Part shown: piece by piece, positions 1 through 10,633 of the stretch
How the letters are laid out: the number at the start of each line of letters is the position of its first letter
Numbering within the stretch: position 1 is the first letter of the stretch
Assembly (NCBI GenBank): GCA_963836205.1
Contig: CAWIIV010000011.1
Location: forward strand, 135,903 to 199,902
Direction of reading: 5' to 3'
From: an uncultured Acidimicrobiia bacterium
Lineage (GTDB): Bacteria > Actinomycetota > Acidimicrobiia > Acidimicrobiales > AC-14
Length of the DNA: 64,000 nucleotides
Made by a program: the position numbers and the translations under genes
Notes under the pieces: generated by a model
What the model saw: the letters and a program-made list of their open reading frames with translations, nothing else
Told to the model about the DNA's origin: nothing
The model's database searches: none

Positions 1-1
1 G

Positions 2-2248
2 TGCATCCAGTGCGCCCGCTGCACCCGCTTCGCCGACGAGGTGGCGGGCGACGCCGGCATCGACTTCGTGGGCCGGGCCGACACCACCGAGGTCAACACC
101 TTCCTCACCGAGCCGTTCCGGTCGAACTTCGCCGGCAACATCGTCCAGATCTGCCCGGTCGGCGCCCTCACCGCCGCCCCCTACCGCTTCAAGGCCCGCC
201 CGTGGGACATCGAGGTGGTGGAGTCCACCTGCACCTTCTGCTCGGTGGGATGCCGGATCGCGGTGCAGTCGTCGCAGAACACCCTCACCCGCCACCTGGG
301 CATCGACAGCGACCCGGTGAACCACGGATGGCTGTGCGACAAGGGCCGCTTCGGGTACGAGGCGATGGAGTCCGACGCCCGCCTGGCCAACCCCCTGGTG
401 CGGGCCGCTGATGGCACCCTCACCGAGGCGTCGTGGACCCTGGCCCTCCAGGCCGCGGCCGACGGCCTGCGCAAGATCATCGACACGTCCGGCCCGGGGG
501 CGGTGGCCGTGCTCGGCGGCGCCCGCCTGGCCAACGAGGACGCCTACGCCTGGGCTCGCCTGGCCAAGTCGGTCCTCGGCACCGACAACGTCGACTGCCA
601 ACTGGGCGACGGCCTGCCCGCGGAGGTGGTTCTGGGCCTGCCCCAGGCCACCATCGACGAGGCGTGCGCCGCCCCCGCCATCCTCCTCCTCGCCCCCGAC
701 CTCAAGGAGGAGTTGCCCGTCCTCTACCTGCGCCTGCGGGAGGCGGTGGTCGACAGGGGCGTCCCCCTGGTGGAGCTGGTGCCGGCCGGCACCGGCCTCA
801 CCGGCCACGCCACCGTCAGCCTCAAGCACCGCCCGGGCGAGGTTGCGGCCGTGGCCCGGGCCCTGGCCGGCGCCATTGCCGGTGCCCGCGTCTCGTCCGA
901 GGGGGCGGGGGGCGTGCCCGGGGCCGACATCGTGCGCGCCGCCGACGTCCTCAAGAAGGAGGGCGTGGTCGTCGTCCTCGGCCGGCCCTCGCTGGCCGAG
1001 CCGGCCTCGTCGACGGTCGACGCCGCCGGCGTGCTGGCCCAGTCTCTGCCCGGGGTGCGGTTCCTGCCCGTCCTGCGGCGGGCCAACGTGCGGGGCGCCC
1101 TCGACATGGGCCTTGCCCCGGGGGTGCTCCCGGGGCGGGTGTCGCTCGACGACGGTCGGGCGTGGTTCGCCGACGCCGGTGCGTGGGGATCGGTGCCGGC
1201 GGCCAAGGGCCTCGACGCCACCGCCATCCTCCAGGCCGCAGTCGACCACAACGTCCACGCCCTGATCCTCCTCGGGGCCGACCCCCTCTCCGACTTCCCC
1301 GACCGCGGCCTCGCCCGCCGGGCGCTCGACGCGGTCGCCTTCACGGTGGCGGTCGACATCTTCGCCAACCCGTCCGTCCGGGGCGCCGACGTGGTCCTGC
1401 CCGCGGCCGGCTTCGCCGAGCGCCCGGGCACCACCACCAACATCGAGGGACGGGTCACCCGGTTGGGCCAGAAGGTCACCGCCCCCGGCACGGCCCGGCC
1501 CGACTGGATCATCGCCGCCGAGCTCGCCCAGCGCCTCGGCTCCGACCTCGGCTTCGATTCCCTCGACTCGATCGCCATCGAGATCGAACGCCTCGCCTCG
1601 TCCCACGCCGGGCTCACCCCCGACATCCTCGCCGCGGCAACCAACCGCGACGGCCTCGTCGTCCCCCTCTCCCGGCCCCAGTCCCCGGTCGACCCCGACC
1701 GGCCGGTGGAGGACGTGGAGGTGACCGCGGCCGAGGTCCAGGGCGAGACGCTCCTGCCCGAGCCGGAGCCCGACGCCGACGCCCCCCTCGATCCCCTCGC
1801 CGGCACCCGCTTCGACTCCGACGCCACCGCCACCCCCGCCGACGGGCGCCCCCTGCTCCTGCGCTTCGTGCCGGTGGCCGCCACCTCCCCGTCGCCGCCG
1901 GTCGACGCCTACTCGCTGCGCCTGGTCTCCGGGCGCAGCCTCTACGACGCCGGGGTGCTCGTGCAGCAGTCACCGGCCCTCGCCCCCCTCGTCCCGGGCG
2001 CCTCCCTGCGAGCCCACCCCCACGACCTGGGCCACCTGGGCGTCACCACCGGCGACCAGGTGCGGGTTACGTCGTCGCGGGGCTCCCTCACCCTGGGGGC
2101 GATCGCCGACTCGTCGGTGCTCCGAGGATCGGCCGTCCTCGCCTTCAACCAACCCGGCCCCGGCGCCGCCGACCTCATCGACGCCCGCCAGCCCGTCACC
2201 GACGTCAGGGTCGAGACGGTCGCCCCCGGATCGGGCCACGTCGCGTGA
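2..2248 (+). CDS. nuoG: NADH-quinone oxidoreductase subunit G (5' end outside window)
   Basis: Frame from base 2 reads CIQCARCTRF..., then CPVGAL, CTFCSVGC and WLCDKGRF Fe-S motifs, a molybdopterin-oxidoreductase-like body, and is followed by nuoH. Confidence 0.95.
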   Translation, partial: CIQCARCTRFADEVAGDAGIDFVGRADTTEVNTFLTEPFRSNFAGNIVQICPVGALTAAPYRFKARPWDIEVVESTCTFCSVGCRIAVQSSQNTLTRHLGIDSDPVNHGWLCDKGRFGYEAMESDARLANPLVRAADGTLTEASWTLALQAAADGLRKIIDTSGPGAVAVLGGARLANEDAYAWARLAKSVLGTDNVDCQLGDGLPAEVVLGLPQATIDEACAAPAILLLAPDLKEELPVLYLRLREAVVDRGVPLVELVPAGTGLTGHATVSLKHRPGEVAAVARALAGAIAGARVSSEGAGGVPGADIVRAADVLKKEGVVVVLGRPSLAEPASSTVDAAGVLAQSLPGVRFLPVLRRANVRGALDMGLAPGVLPGRVSLDDGRAWFADAGAWGSVPAAKGLDATAILQAAVDHNVHALILLGADPLSDFPDRGLARRALDAVAFTVAVDIFANPSVRGADVVLPAAGFAERPGTTTNIEGRVTRLGQKVTAPGTARPDWIIAAELAQRLGSDLGFDSLDSIAIEIERLASSHAGLTPDILAAATNRDGLVVPLSRPQSPVDPDRPVEDVEVTAAEVQGETLLPEPEPDADAPLDPLAGTRFDSDATATPADGRPLLLRFVPVAATSPSPPVDAYSLRLVSGRSLYDAGVLVQQSPALAPLVPGASLRAHPHDLGHLGVTTGDQVRVTSSRGSLTLGAIADSSVLRGSAVLAFNQPGPGAADLIDARQPVTDVRVETVAPGSGHVA

Positions 2249-2306
2249 GGAAGCCACGTCGCGTGAGGAAGCCACATCGCGTGAGGAAGCCACATCGCGT
2301 GAGGAA
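2235..2306 (+). repeat. 18-bp tandem repeat x4 (GCCACRTCGCGTGAGGAA) spanning the nuoG stop
   Basis: Copies at 2235, 2253, 2271 and 2289; each contains TGA and GAGGA. Confidence 0.95.
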
Positions 2307-2312
2307 GCTGTA

Positions 2313-3509
2313 GTGGGCGACCCGCTGTTCGCCGACGGGATCGACCTCGCCGTCGTCCTGATCGTCCTGCTCAAGGTCATCGTCGTCTTCGTGTTCCTGC
2401 TCGTCGCGGTGATGCTCATGGTGTGGTTCGAGCGCAAGGTCATCTCCGACATGCAGAACCGCATCGGCCCCAACCGGGCCGGGCCGTGGGGCATCCTCCA
2501 GACGCTGGCCGACGGCACCAAGCTCTTCTTCAAGGAGGACCTGCTCCCGGAGCTGGCCGACCGGCGGGTGTTCCGGCTCGCCCCCTACCTGTCGATCCTG
2601 CCCGCCTTCTCCTCCTTCGCCATCGTTCCCATCGGGGGGACGATCTCCATCGCCGGCCACGAGACCTTCCTCCAGCTGGCCGACCCGCCCATCGGCGTGC
2701 TGTTCCTGCTGGCCATGTCGTCGATCGCGGTCTACGGGGTGATGCTGGCGGGCTGGTCGTCGGGCTCCAAGTACCCGCTGCTCGGCTCGGTGCGGGCGTC
2801 GGCCCAGATGGTGTCCTACGAGGCGGCGATGGCCCTGGCCGTGGCCGCGGCGGTGCTCTCTGCAGGCTCGCTCTCCACCCACGACATCGTCGCCGCCCAG
2901 GACAGCTTCTTCCGCTGGAACATCTTCTCCCTCGGTGTGGTGCCCTTCGTGGTCTTCCTCATCGCCGCCACCGCCGAGGCCAACCGGCCGCCGTTCGACC
3001 TGGTGGAGGCCGAGCAGGAGCTGGTGGGGGGCTTCCACACCGAGTATTCCTCGATCCGCTTCGCCCTCTTCTTCCTGGCCGAGTTCATGAACACGGTCAC
3101 CATCTCGGCCATGGTGGTCACCCTCTTCCTGGGCGGCCCCAACGGCCCCGCCATCGACTTCCTGCCCTCGCTGTGGCCGATCGTGTGGTTCTTCCTCAAG
3201 CTGGTCGTCTTCCTCTTCATCTACGTGTGGCTGCGGGCCACCCTGCCCCGGTTCCGCTACGACCAGCTCATGGACCTGGGCTGGAAGAAGCTCATCCCGG
3301 CCTCGCTGTTCTGGCTGCTGCTGGTGGCCGCCCTCCGCATCGGGCGCCTCGAGGGCTGGAACCTGGGCTTCGTCCTCGGCGGCGGGGTGGCGGTGGGCGC
3401 CCTCGGCTGGTGGGCGCTGAGCGCGGCCCTGACCCTGGGCCAGATGGACGACGCCGACCTGTCCCCCGCCACATTGGATGAAGGGTCCCTCGAGGAGGTG
3501 ACCCGGTAG
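2313..3509 (+). CDS. nuoH: NADH-quinone oxidoreductase subunit H
   Basis: [49 protein letters not shown] motifs. Confidence 0.97.
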   Translation: MGDPLFADGIDLAVVLIVLLKVIVVFVFLLVAVMLMVWFERKVISDMQNRIGPNRAGPWGILQTLADGTKLFFKEDLLPELADRRVFRLAPYLSILPAFSSFAIVPIGGTISIAGHETFLQLADPPIGVLFLLAMSSIAVYGVMLAGWSSGSKYPLLGSVRASAQMVSYEAAMALAVAAAVLSAGSLSTHDIVAAQDSFFRWNIFSLGVVPFVVFLIAATAEANRPPFDLVEAEQELVGGFHTEYSSIRFALFFLAEFMNTVTISAMVVTLFLGGPNGPAIDFLPSLWPIVWFFLKLVVFLFIYVWLRATLPRFRYDQLMDLGWKKLIPASLFWLLLVAALRIGRLEGWNLGFVLGGGVAVGALGWWALSAALTLGQMDDADLSPATLDEGSLEEVTR

Positions 3510-4154
3510 ATGGGCTACCTCGACGGGTTCAAGGTCACGTTCAAGCAGATCTTCGAGCCCCGGGTCACCGGCGAGTACCCGGACGAGAAGCGGGTCAAGC
3601 CGGCTCGCTTCCACGGCCGCCACGTCCTCAACCGCTACGAGGACGGGATGGAGAAGTGCATCGGCTGCGAGCTGTGCGCCGGCGTGTGCCCGGCCCGCTG
3701 CATCTACGTCCGGGGGGCCGACAACCCCCCCGACGCCCCCGTCTCGCCCGGTGAGCGCTTCGGGTTCGTGTACGAGATCAACTACCTGCGGTGCATCCAC
3801 TGCGACCTGTGCGTGGAGGCCTGCCCCACCGAGGCCATCACCGAGTCGAAGCTGTTCGAGTTCTCCTTCACCAACCGCCAGGACGCCATCTACACCCGCG
3901 ACGAGCTCCTGGTCGACGACGACGGCATGCCCCAGAAGCTGCCGTGGGAGGACTGGCGCGACGGCGACGAGGTCAACACGTCGGCCTGGGTCCGGGCCAC
4001 CGCCCCCTCGGGCGACGCCGGCTTCGAGGGCAAGGTCGCCTGGTCGGGCGAGCTCGGCCGAGGCGTCCGTCCCCCCGAGGCAGGCCAGACGGCCGACGTC
4101 TCGCCCGACCGTCCGTCGAAGAAGGTCGTCCGCAAGAAGCGCGGGCACGGATGA
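3510..4154 (+). CDS. nuoI: NADH-quinone oxidoreductase subunit I
   Basis: Two 4Fe-4S motifs [12 protein letters not shown] and [12 protein letters not shown]; RFHGRH. Confidence 0.97.
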   Translation: MGYLDGFKVTFKQIFEPRVTGEYPDEKRVKPARFHGRHVLNRYEDGMEKCIGCELCAGVCPARCIYVRGADNPPDAPVSPGERFGFVYEINYLRCIHCDLCVEACPTEAITESKLFEFSFTNRQDAIYTRDELLVDDDGMPQKLPWEDWRDGDEVNTSAWVRATAPSGDAGFEGKVAWSGELGRGVRPPEAGQTADVSPDRPSKKVVRKKRGHG

Positions 4155-4696
4155 TCGACTGGTTCGTCTTCGGCGTGGCCGCCATCGCCACGCTCTCGGG
4201 GGCGTTGGGCGTGGTGTTGTCGACCAACCCCGTCCACGCCGCCCTCATGCTGGTGATGACCCTGTTCAGCGTGGCCGTGCTGTTCGTGGCCCAGAACGCC
4301 CACTTCCTGGCCGCGGTGCAGGTGATCGTCTACGCGGGGGCCATCGTGGTCCTGTTCCTGTTCGTGATCATGCTCCTCGGCGTCGACAAGTCGGAGGACG
4401 TCGGCTCCGAGCGGCTCAAGGGCCAGCGCCCGGTGGCCATCGTGGCCGGGCTCTGCGTCCTCTCCGCCGTCCTCCTCCTGGCCCGCTCCGACTGGGTGTC
4501 GGGCGCCCGCAGCACGGCCGGCACTCTGGGCGACGGCTCGGAGAACGTCCCCCTGCTGGCCCGGTCGCTGTTCACCCGCTACCTCCTCGCCTTCGAGATC
4601 ACGTCCGTCCTCCTCGTGATCGCGGTGGTGGGCGCCGTCGTCCTCGTGCGGCGGTCGGGCCCTATGCCCGATTCCCTTGGGGAGATGGAGCCGTGA
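4151..4696 (+). CDS. nuoJ: NADH-quinone oxidoreductase subunit J
   Basis: ATG 4151 overlaps the nuoI stop; [20 protein letters not shown] motif. Confidence 0.95.
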   Translation: MIDWFVFGVAAIATLSGALGVVLSTNPVHAALMLVMTLFSVAVLFVAQNAHFLAAVQVIVYAGAIVVLFLFVIMLLGVDKSEDVGSERLKGQRPVAIVAGLCVLSAVLLLARSDWVSGARSTAGTLGDGSENVPLLARSLFTRYLLAFEITSVLLVIAVVGAVVLVRRSGPMPDSLGEMEP

Positions 4697-4998
4697 AGGT
4701 CCCCGGCGCCTGGTACCTGGCGTTGTCGGCGGCCCTCTTTTGCATCGGCGCGGTCGGACTGCTCGTGCGGCGCAACGTCCTGGTGATGTTCATGTGCGTC
4801 GAGCTGATGCTCAACGCGGTCAACCTCACGTTCGTCACCTTCGCCCGCATGCTCGATGACATCGGCGGCCAGACCGCGGTCTTCTTCGTGCTGGTGGTGG
4901 CCGCGGCCGAGGTGGTCGTCGGCCTGGGCATCATCGTCTCCATCTTCCGGCGGCGGGCCGGGGCCACGGCCGACGACATCTCGTTCCTCAAGGGATAG
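4693..4998 (+). CDS. nuoK: NADH-quinone oxidoreductase subunit K
   Basis: GTGA overlap; [19 protein letters not shown] and AAAEVVVGL motifs. Confidence 0.95.
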   Translation: MKVPGAWYLALSAALFCIGAVGLLVRRNVLVMFMCVELMLNAVNLTFVTFARMLDDIGGQTAVFFVLVVAAAEVVVGLGIIVSIFRRRAGATADDISFLKG

Positions 4999-5009
4999 GG
5001 GCGCCGCCC

Positions 5010-6926
5010 GTGCTCGAAGCGGTCTGGCTGATCCCCGCCCTCCCCCTGACCGGGTTCCTGGTCCTGCTGGTGGCGGGCAGGCGCCTGGGCGATCCCCGCG
5101 CCGGATGGCTGGCCACGGCCATGATGGGCGCCGCCTTCCTCACCGCGGTGGTCGTGTTCCTCGGCCTGGTGGGGGAGGAGGGCGAGGAGCGGGTCTTCAC
5201 CCAGACCCTGTTCCCATGGATCCACTCCGGGTCGCTCCGGATCGACGTCGGGTTCCTGGTCGACCCCCTGTCGATCACCATGGCCCTGTTCGTCACCGGC
5301 GTGGGCACCCTGATCCACCTCTACGCCGTCGGCTACATGCACGGCGACGAGAAGTTCCCGAAGTTCTTCCTCTACCTGAACCTGTTCGCCTTCTCCATGC
5401 TGATGCTGGTCCTCTCCGAGAACTTCCTGCTCACTTTTTTGGGCTGGGAGGGCGTGGGCGCCTGCTCCTACTTCCTCATCTCCTTCTGGTTCGACCGGCC
5501 CACGGCCGCCTCCGCGGGCAAGAAAGCGTTCATCACCAACCGCATCGGCGACTTCGGGTTCATGGTGGCCATGTTCCTGATCTTCGCCACCGTCGGCACC
5601 CTCGACTACGTGCCCGCCCTGGCCGCCCTGGAGAACGTCCCCGAGTACACCGCCTCCGCCATCGGGCTCCTCCTCTTCCTGGGGGCGGCGGGCAAGTCCG
5701 CCCAGCTCCCGCTCTACGTGTGGCTGCCCGACGCCATGGAGGGCCCCACGCCCGTTTCCGCCCTCATCCACGCCGCCACCATGGTCACCGCGGGCGTGTT
5801 CCTCATGGTGCGGGTCAACCCGGTGCTGGGCGCCGCCCCCGACGTGGCCACGTTCATCGCCTGGGTCGGCGTGCTCACCGCCCTGTTCGCGGCCACCATC
5901 GCCTGCGCCCAGAACGACATCAAGAAGGTCCTCGCCTACTCCACCATCTCCCAGCTCGGCTACATGTTCCTGGCGGTCGGATCGGGGGCCTACGCGGCCG
6001 CCATCTTCCACATGGTCACCCACGCCTTCTTCAAGGCCCTCCTCTTCCTGGGGGCCGGATCGGTGATCCACGGGATGCACGACGAGCAGGACATGAAACG
6101 CATGGGCGGCCTGCAGAAGTGGATGCCGGTCACCGGCGCCACCTTCATCGTGGGCTGGTTGGCCATCGCCGGCGTGCCCCCGTTCTCCGGCTTCTGGTCG
6201 AAGGACGACATCCTCCTCAACGCCTACGAGAAGAGCCCCCTCCTGTGGCTCCTAGGCCTGGTCACCGCCCTGCTCACCGCGTATTACATGAGCCGGCAGG
6301 TCTTCCTGGTCTTCAAGGGCGAGGAGCGGTGGAAGAATGCGGCCCCGCCGGAGACGCCCGCCGCGGCCCACGGCGCCCACGGCGACTTCAAGCCCCACGA
6401 GTCACCCCGGATCATGACCATCCCCCTCATCGTGCTGGCCGTGCTCGCCGGCCTGGGCGGCCTGCTCAACCTGCCCTTCACCGGCTGGCCCGTCCTCGAG
6501 CACTGGCTGGAGCCGGTGTTCGGCCACAACCTGCGCCACGTCACCGCCGGAGGCGGCACCAAGGTGATGCTGGCCCTCACCGCAGTGGTGGCGGCCGGCG
6601 TGGGCGTGCTGATCGCGGCCGCCATCTACCGCCGCCACCGCGTCGCCGAATCCAAGGTCGAGCCCCGGATCCTCCAGCGGGCGTGGTTCGTCGACGAGCT
6701 CTACCAGAAGACCATCGCCCACCCGGGACGGGCGCTGTCCCAGTGGCTGGCCTCGGTTTTCGACGCCAAGGTCATCGACGGTGCCGTCAACGGGGTGGCC
6801 GCCCTGGTCCGGGCCGGCGGCACCCGGCTGCGGGTGGTCCAGTCCGGCTTCGTCCGCAGCTACGCCCTGGCCGTCGCCCTGGGCGCCGTCGGCATCCTCG
6901 CCTTCGCCCTGCTGCGGTCGCTCTGA
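5010..6926 (+). CDS. nuoL: NADH-quinone oxidoreductase subunit L
   Basis: WLPDAMEGPTPVSALIHAATMV, HAFFKALLFL. Confidence 0.97.
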   Translation: MLEAVWLIPALPLTGFLVLLVAGRRLGDPRAGWLATAMMGAAFLTAVVVFLGLVGEEGEERVFTQTLFPWIHSGSLRIDVGFLVDPLSITMALFVTGVGTLIHLYAVGYMHGDEKFPKFFLYLNLFAFSMLMLVLSENFLLTFLGWEGVGACSYFLISFWFDRPTAASAGKKAFITNRIGDFGFMVAMFLIFATVGTLDYVPALAALENVPEYTASAIGLLLFLGAAGKSAQLPLYVWLPDAMEGPTPVSALIHAATMVTAGVFLMVRVNPVLGAAPDVATFIAWVGVLTALFAATIACAQNDIKKVLAYSTISQLGYMFLAVGSGAYAAAIFHMVTHAFFKALLFLGAGSVIHGMHDEQDMKRMGGLQKWMPVTGATFIVGWLAIAGVPPFSGFWSKDDILLNAYEKSPLLWLLGLVTALLTAYYMSRQVFLVFKGEERWKNAAPPETPAAAHGAHGDFKPHESPRIMTIPLIVLAVLAGLGGLLNLPFTGWPVLEHWLEPVFGHNLRHVTAGGGTKVMLALTAVVAAGVGVLIAAAIYRRHRVAESKVEPRILQRAWFVDELYQKTIAHPGRALSQWLASVFDAKVIDGAVNGVAALVRAGGTRLRVVQSGFVRSYALAVALGAVGILAFALLRSL

Positions 6927-6940
6927 TGGGGAGTCTCTGA

Positions 6941-8485
6941 GTGGCTGGCGACATCCCCATCCTCACCCTGCTGGTCCTGATCCCGGCCCTGGGCGCGGGC
7001 CTGGTGGCCCTCCTGCCCAACGGCCGCGACGACGTGGTGGCCCGGGTCGGCCTCGGCATCGCCCTGCTGGTGGGCCTGCTCAGCCTGATCCTGCTCCTCG
7101 GCTTCGACAGCGGGGAGGCCGGCTTCCAGTTCGTCTCCGCCCACCCGTGGATCGAGTCGTTCGGGATCTCGTGGAAGCTGGGCGTCGACGGGATCTCGCT
7201 CTTCCTGGTCGTGCTCAGCGGCATCCTCTTCCCCCTGGCCATCGCCGGGCCCCACGTCCACCACGACCTCAAGGGCTACGTGGCCTGGATGCTCCTGCTG
7301 GAGGCGGGCTGCATCGGCGTGTTCCTCTCCCTCGACCTGTTCCTGTTCTTCCTGTTCTGGGAGATCGTGCTCGTCCCGATGTACTTCCTGATCGGCGGGT
7401 GGGGCTACGAGCGGCGGGTGTACGCCACCCTCAAGTTCTTCATTTATACGATGCTCGGCTCGGCCCTGATGCTGGTCGGCATCCTGGCCCTGGTGTTCCT
7501 CAGCCAGGCCGCCACCGGCACCCTCACCTTCGACCTGGAGAGCCTGGCGGAGGGCCAGTCGGTGGCGGAGAACACGGCCCGCTGGCTGTTCCTGGCCTTC
7601 GCCGCGTCCTTCGCCATCAAGTGCCCCATCTTCCCGGTCCACACGTGGCTGCCCGACGCCCATACCGAGGCCCCCACCGGCGGGTCGGTCATCCTGGCCG
7701 GCGTCCTCCTGAAGCTGGGCACCTACGGTTTCGTGCGCTTCGGGCTCTACCTGTTCCCCGACGCCGCGGTCGACCTGGCCCCGGTGTTCCTCACCCTCGG
7801 GGTGATAGGGATCGTCTACGGGGCCCTGGTGGCCACCATGCAGAAGGACCTCAAGCGGCTGGTGGCCTACTCGTCGGTGGCCCACCTGGGCTTCATCGTG
7901 GTCGGCATCTTCGGCTTGTCCAAGCAGGGACTGCAGGGTGGCGTGCTGCAGATGATCAACCACGGCATCTCCACCGGCGCCCTGTTCCTCCTGGTGGGGA
8001 TGATCTACGAGCGCCGCCACACCCGCCTCATCGCCGACATGGGCGGCATCCAGAAGGTGGCCCCCTACTTCGCCGCCGTCTTCACCGTGGTCATGCTCTC
8101 GTCCATCGGCCTGCCCGGGCTGAACGGGTTCGTGGGCGAGTTCATGGTCCTCATCGGCACGTTCGTCACCCACCGCTGGTGGGCGGTGGTGGGCACCGTC
8201 GGGGTGATCCTGGCCGCCATCTACCTCCTGTGGGCCTACCAGCGGGTCTTCCACGGCCGGCCGGAGGGGGCCAACGCCGACTTCCAGGAGATGACCATGC
8301 GGGAACGGGCGATCATGGCCCCCCTGGTCGTGCTGATCGTGGGCCTCGGCGTCTACCCCCAGCCCATGCTCGACCGGATCGCCCCCGCGGTCGACAAGCT
8401 GGTCAGCCACGTCGAGTCCCATTCCGACTTCCGGGGGCCGACCGTACCCTCGGTCGATCTCGCCGCCGCCGAGGAGGGCCACTAG
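6941..8485 (+). CDS. nuoM: NADH-quinone oxidoreductase subunit M
   Basis: HTWLPDAHTEAPT, LLKLGTYG, AYSSVAHLG. Confidence 0.97.
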   Translation: MAGDIPILTLLVLIPALGAGLVALLPNGRDDVVARVGLGIALLVGLLSLILLLGFDSGEAGFQFVSAHPWIESFGISWKLGVDGISLFLVVLSGILFPLAIAGPHVHHDLKGYVAWMLLLEAGCIGVFLSLDLFLFFLFWEIVLVPMYFLIGGWGYERRVYATLKFFIYTMLGSALMLVGILALVFLSQAATGTLTFDLESLAEGQSVAENTARWLFLAFAASFAIKCPIFPVHTWLPDAHTEAPTGGSVILAGVLLKLGTYGFVRFGLYLFPDAAVDLAPVFLTLGVIGIVYGALVATMQKDLKRLVAYSSVAHLGFIVVGIFGLSKQGLQGGVLQMINHGISTGALFLLVGMIYERRHTRLIADMGGIQKVAPYFAAVFTVVMLSSIGLPGLNGFVGEFMVLIGTFVTHRWWAVVGTVGVILAAIYLLWAYQRVFHGRPEGANADFQEMTMRERAIMAPLVVLIVGLGVYPQPMLDRIAPAVDKLVSHVESHSDFRGPTVPSVDLAAAEEGH

Positions 8486-8488
8486 CCC

Positions 8489-10063
8489 ATGCCGCCGCTC
8501 CTCACCCCCGACGTCGAGTGGGGCCTGCTGGCGCCGGAGCTGATCCTCATCGCCGGCGCCCTGATCCTGCTGGTGGTGGGCACCTTCGCCCGCCGCCACG
8601 ACGTGGGCAGCATCTACGCGGTCGTCACCATGCTGGTGGCGGGGGCGTCGCTGGCCAGCACCGCCGTCCTGTGGCAGGACGTCACCGGCATCGGGGCCAA
8701 CCCCAGGTTGGCGGTGGCGGGAGCGGTGACGATCGACGGGTTCAGCGTCTTCTGCACCGTCGTCATCCTGGCCGCGGTGGTCGTCGGCGCGTTGCTGGCC
8801 GACGACTACCTCCGCCGGGAGCGCCTGACGGGGGTGGCGTACTACGTGCTGATGATGCTGTCGGCCTCGGGCGGGATCTTCATGGCCAAGGCCAACGACC
8901 TCATCGTGGTCTTCCTCGGGCTCGAGATCCTCTCGATCGCCCTCTACGTGCTGGCCGGCTACCACCGCCGCCGGTCGCAGTCGCAGGAAGCGGCCATCAA
9001 GTACTTCGTTCTGGGTTCGTTCTCGTCCGCCTTCTTCCTGTACGGGATCGCGTTGACCTACGGGGCGACCGGATCGACCAACATCACCGAGATCGGGCGC
9101 TTCCTCCAGGGGACGACGCTGACGACGGGCGTCCTGCTGGGCGGGGTGGCCCTGCTCCTGGTCGGGCTCGGGTTCAAGGTGGCGGCCGTGCCGTTCCACA
9201 TGTGGACGCCCGACGTCTACCAGGGGTCGCCCACGCCGGTGGCCGGGTTCATGGCCGCCGCGGCCAAGACCGCCGGTTTCGCCGCCCTGCTGCGGATCTT
9301 CCTCGCCGGCTTCGGCACCCTCCGACTCGACTGGCAGCCAATGGTGTGGGCCCTGGCCGTGCTCAGCCTGGTGGTGGGATCGGTGCTGGCGGTGGTGCAG
9401 ACCGACGTCAAGCGCATGCTGGCCTACTCGTCGATCAGCCACGCCGGCTACGTGCTCATCGGCCTCCAGGCAGCCACCGACAAGGGGATCGCGGGCTCGC
9501 TCTTCTACCTGATGGCGTACACGTTCATGATCCTCGGCAGCTTCGCCATCGTCACCATGGTGGGACGGGAGGGCGACGGCCGCCACGCCCTCGACGACTA
9601 CAAGGGCCTGGCCCGCAGCCGGCCGGGACTGGCCCTCGCGTTCACCGTGTTCCTCCTGGCCCAGGCCGGTGTGCCGTTCACGTCCGGCTTCCTGGCCAAG
9701 TTCGGGGTGATCGCGGCGGCGGTGGAGGCCCGGTCCTACGCCATCGCCGTCATCGCCATGGTGGCCGCAGTCATCGCCGCCTTCTTCTACCTGCGGTTAA
9801 TCGTGGTCATGTACATGTCCGGCGATGCCGAACCCGAGCCCGACACCGACGCGGTCAACGCCGACGACGCCGTGCCCGCCGACGGTTCCGCCGGAGGTGT
9901 CGCCACCGCCACCACCACCGACGTCTCCACCCGCAACCAGGTGGCGATCCCGGTGGGTGCCGGCGTGGCCCTCGCCCTCTGCCTAGCCTTCACCATCGGC
10001 GCCGGCCTCCTCCCCGAACCCCTCCTCGACTTCGCCCGCCACGCCACCCTCCTGAAGCCCTAG
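8489..10063 (+). CDS. nuoN: NADH-quinone oxidoreductase subunit N
   Basis: FKVAAVPFHMWTPDVYQGSPTP, KRMLAYSSISHAGY. Confidence 0.97.
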   Translation: MPPLLTPDVEWGLLAPELILIAGALILLVVGTFARRHDVGSIYAVVTMLVAGASLASTAVLWQDVTGIGANPRLAVAGAVTIDGFSVFCTVVILAAVVVGALLADDYLRRERLTGVAYYVLMMLSASGGIFMAKANDLIVVFLGLEILSIALYVLAGYHRRRSQSQEAAIKYFVLGSFSSAFFLYGIALTYGATGSTNITEIGRFLQGTTLTTGVLLGGVALLLVGLGFKVAAVPFHMWTPDVYQGSPTPVAGFMAAAAKTAGFAALLRIFLAGFGTLRLDWQPMVWALAVLSLVVGSVLAVVQTDVKRMLAYSSISHAGYVLIGLQAATDKGIAGSLFYLMAYTFMILGSFAIVTMVGREGDGRHALDDYKGLARSRPGLALAFTVFLLAQAGVPFTSGFLAKFGVIAAAVEARSYAIAVIAMVAAVIAAFFYLRLIVVMYMSGDAEPEPDTDAVNADDAVPADGSAGGVATATTTDVSTRNQVAIPVGAGVALALCLAFTIGAGLLPEPLLDFARHATLLKP

Positions 10064-10238
10064 CCCCCGCCGCCCGCCGCCCCCTTGACGCAGTGGGCGA
10101 CCCGCCGGAGGTTCGCAGCAAGGTGTGCCTGCGGTCCTGGGCGCCGACGAGCGCCCCTTACCCGATGGGTGACCCGCCGGGTTTCGCAGCAACCGTGCCC
10201 GCCGGCCCGGTTGCCGACCGACCGTGACGAGCTCCGCA

Positions 10239-10578
10239 CCCGCCACCTCGCCGCCGCCCGCCTCCGCCCGCCTCCGCCGGCCCGCCACCTCGCCGCCGCC
10301 CGCCGCCGCCCGCCCCTCCGCCGGCCCGCCACCTCGCCGCCGCCCGCCGCCGCCCGCCCCTCCGCCGGGCCGCCACCTCGCCGCCGCCTGCCGCCGCCCG
10401 CCTCCGCCGGCCCGCCACCTCGCCGCCGCCCGCCGCCGCCCGCCTCCGCCGGGCCGCCACCTCGCCGCCGCCTGCCGCCGCCCGCCTCCGCCGGGCCGCA
10501 CCTCGCCGCCGCCCACCTCGCCGCCGCCCGCCGCCGCCCGCCTCCGCCGGCCCGCCACCTCGCCGCCGCCCGCCGCCG
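10239..10578. repeat. GC-rich tandem array, about 8 units of 42-44 bp (core CCGCCACCTCGCCGCCGCC)
   Basis: (C)CACCTCG core recurs at about 10243, 10285, 10329, 10373, 10415, 10457, 10499, 10513 and 10555; no unique spacers. Confidence 0.9.
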
Positions 10579-10633
10579 TCGGCGGGTGAGTCTTGGCGCG
10601 TGGGTGGACTGGCCGGCGTCGCGTTTTGCGGCA

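Noticed and set aside
10239-10578. Possible CRISPR array next to an HNH nuclease
   Set aside because: Units are contiguous, low-complexity and lack unique spacers; no cas genes in the window.
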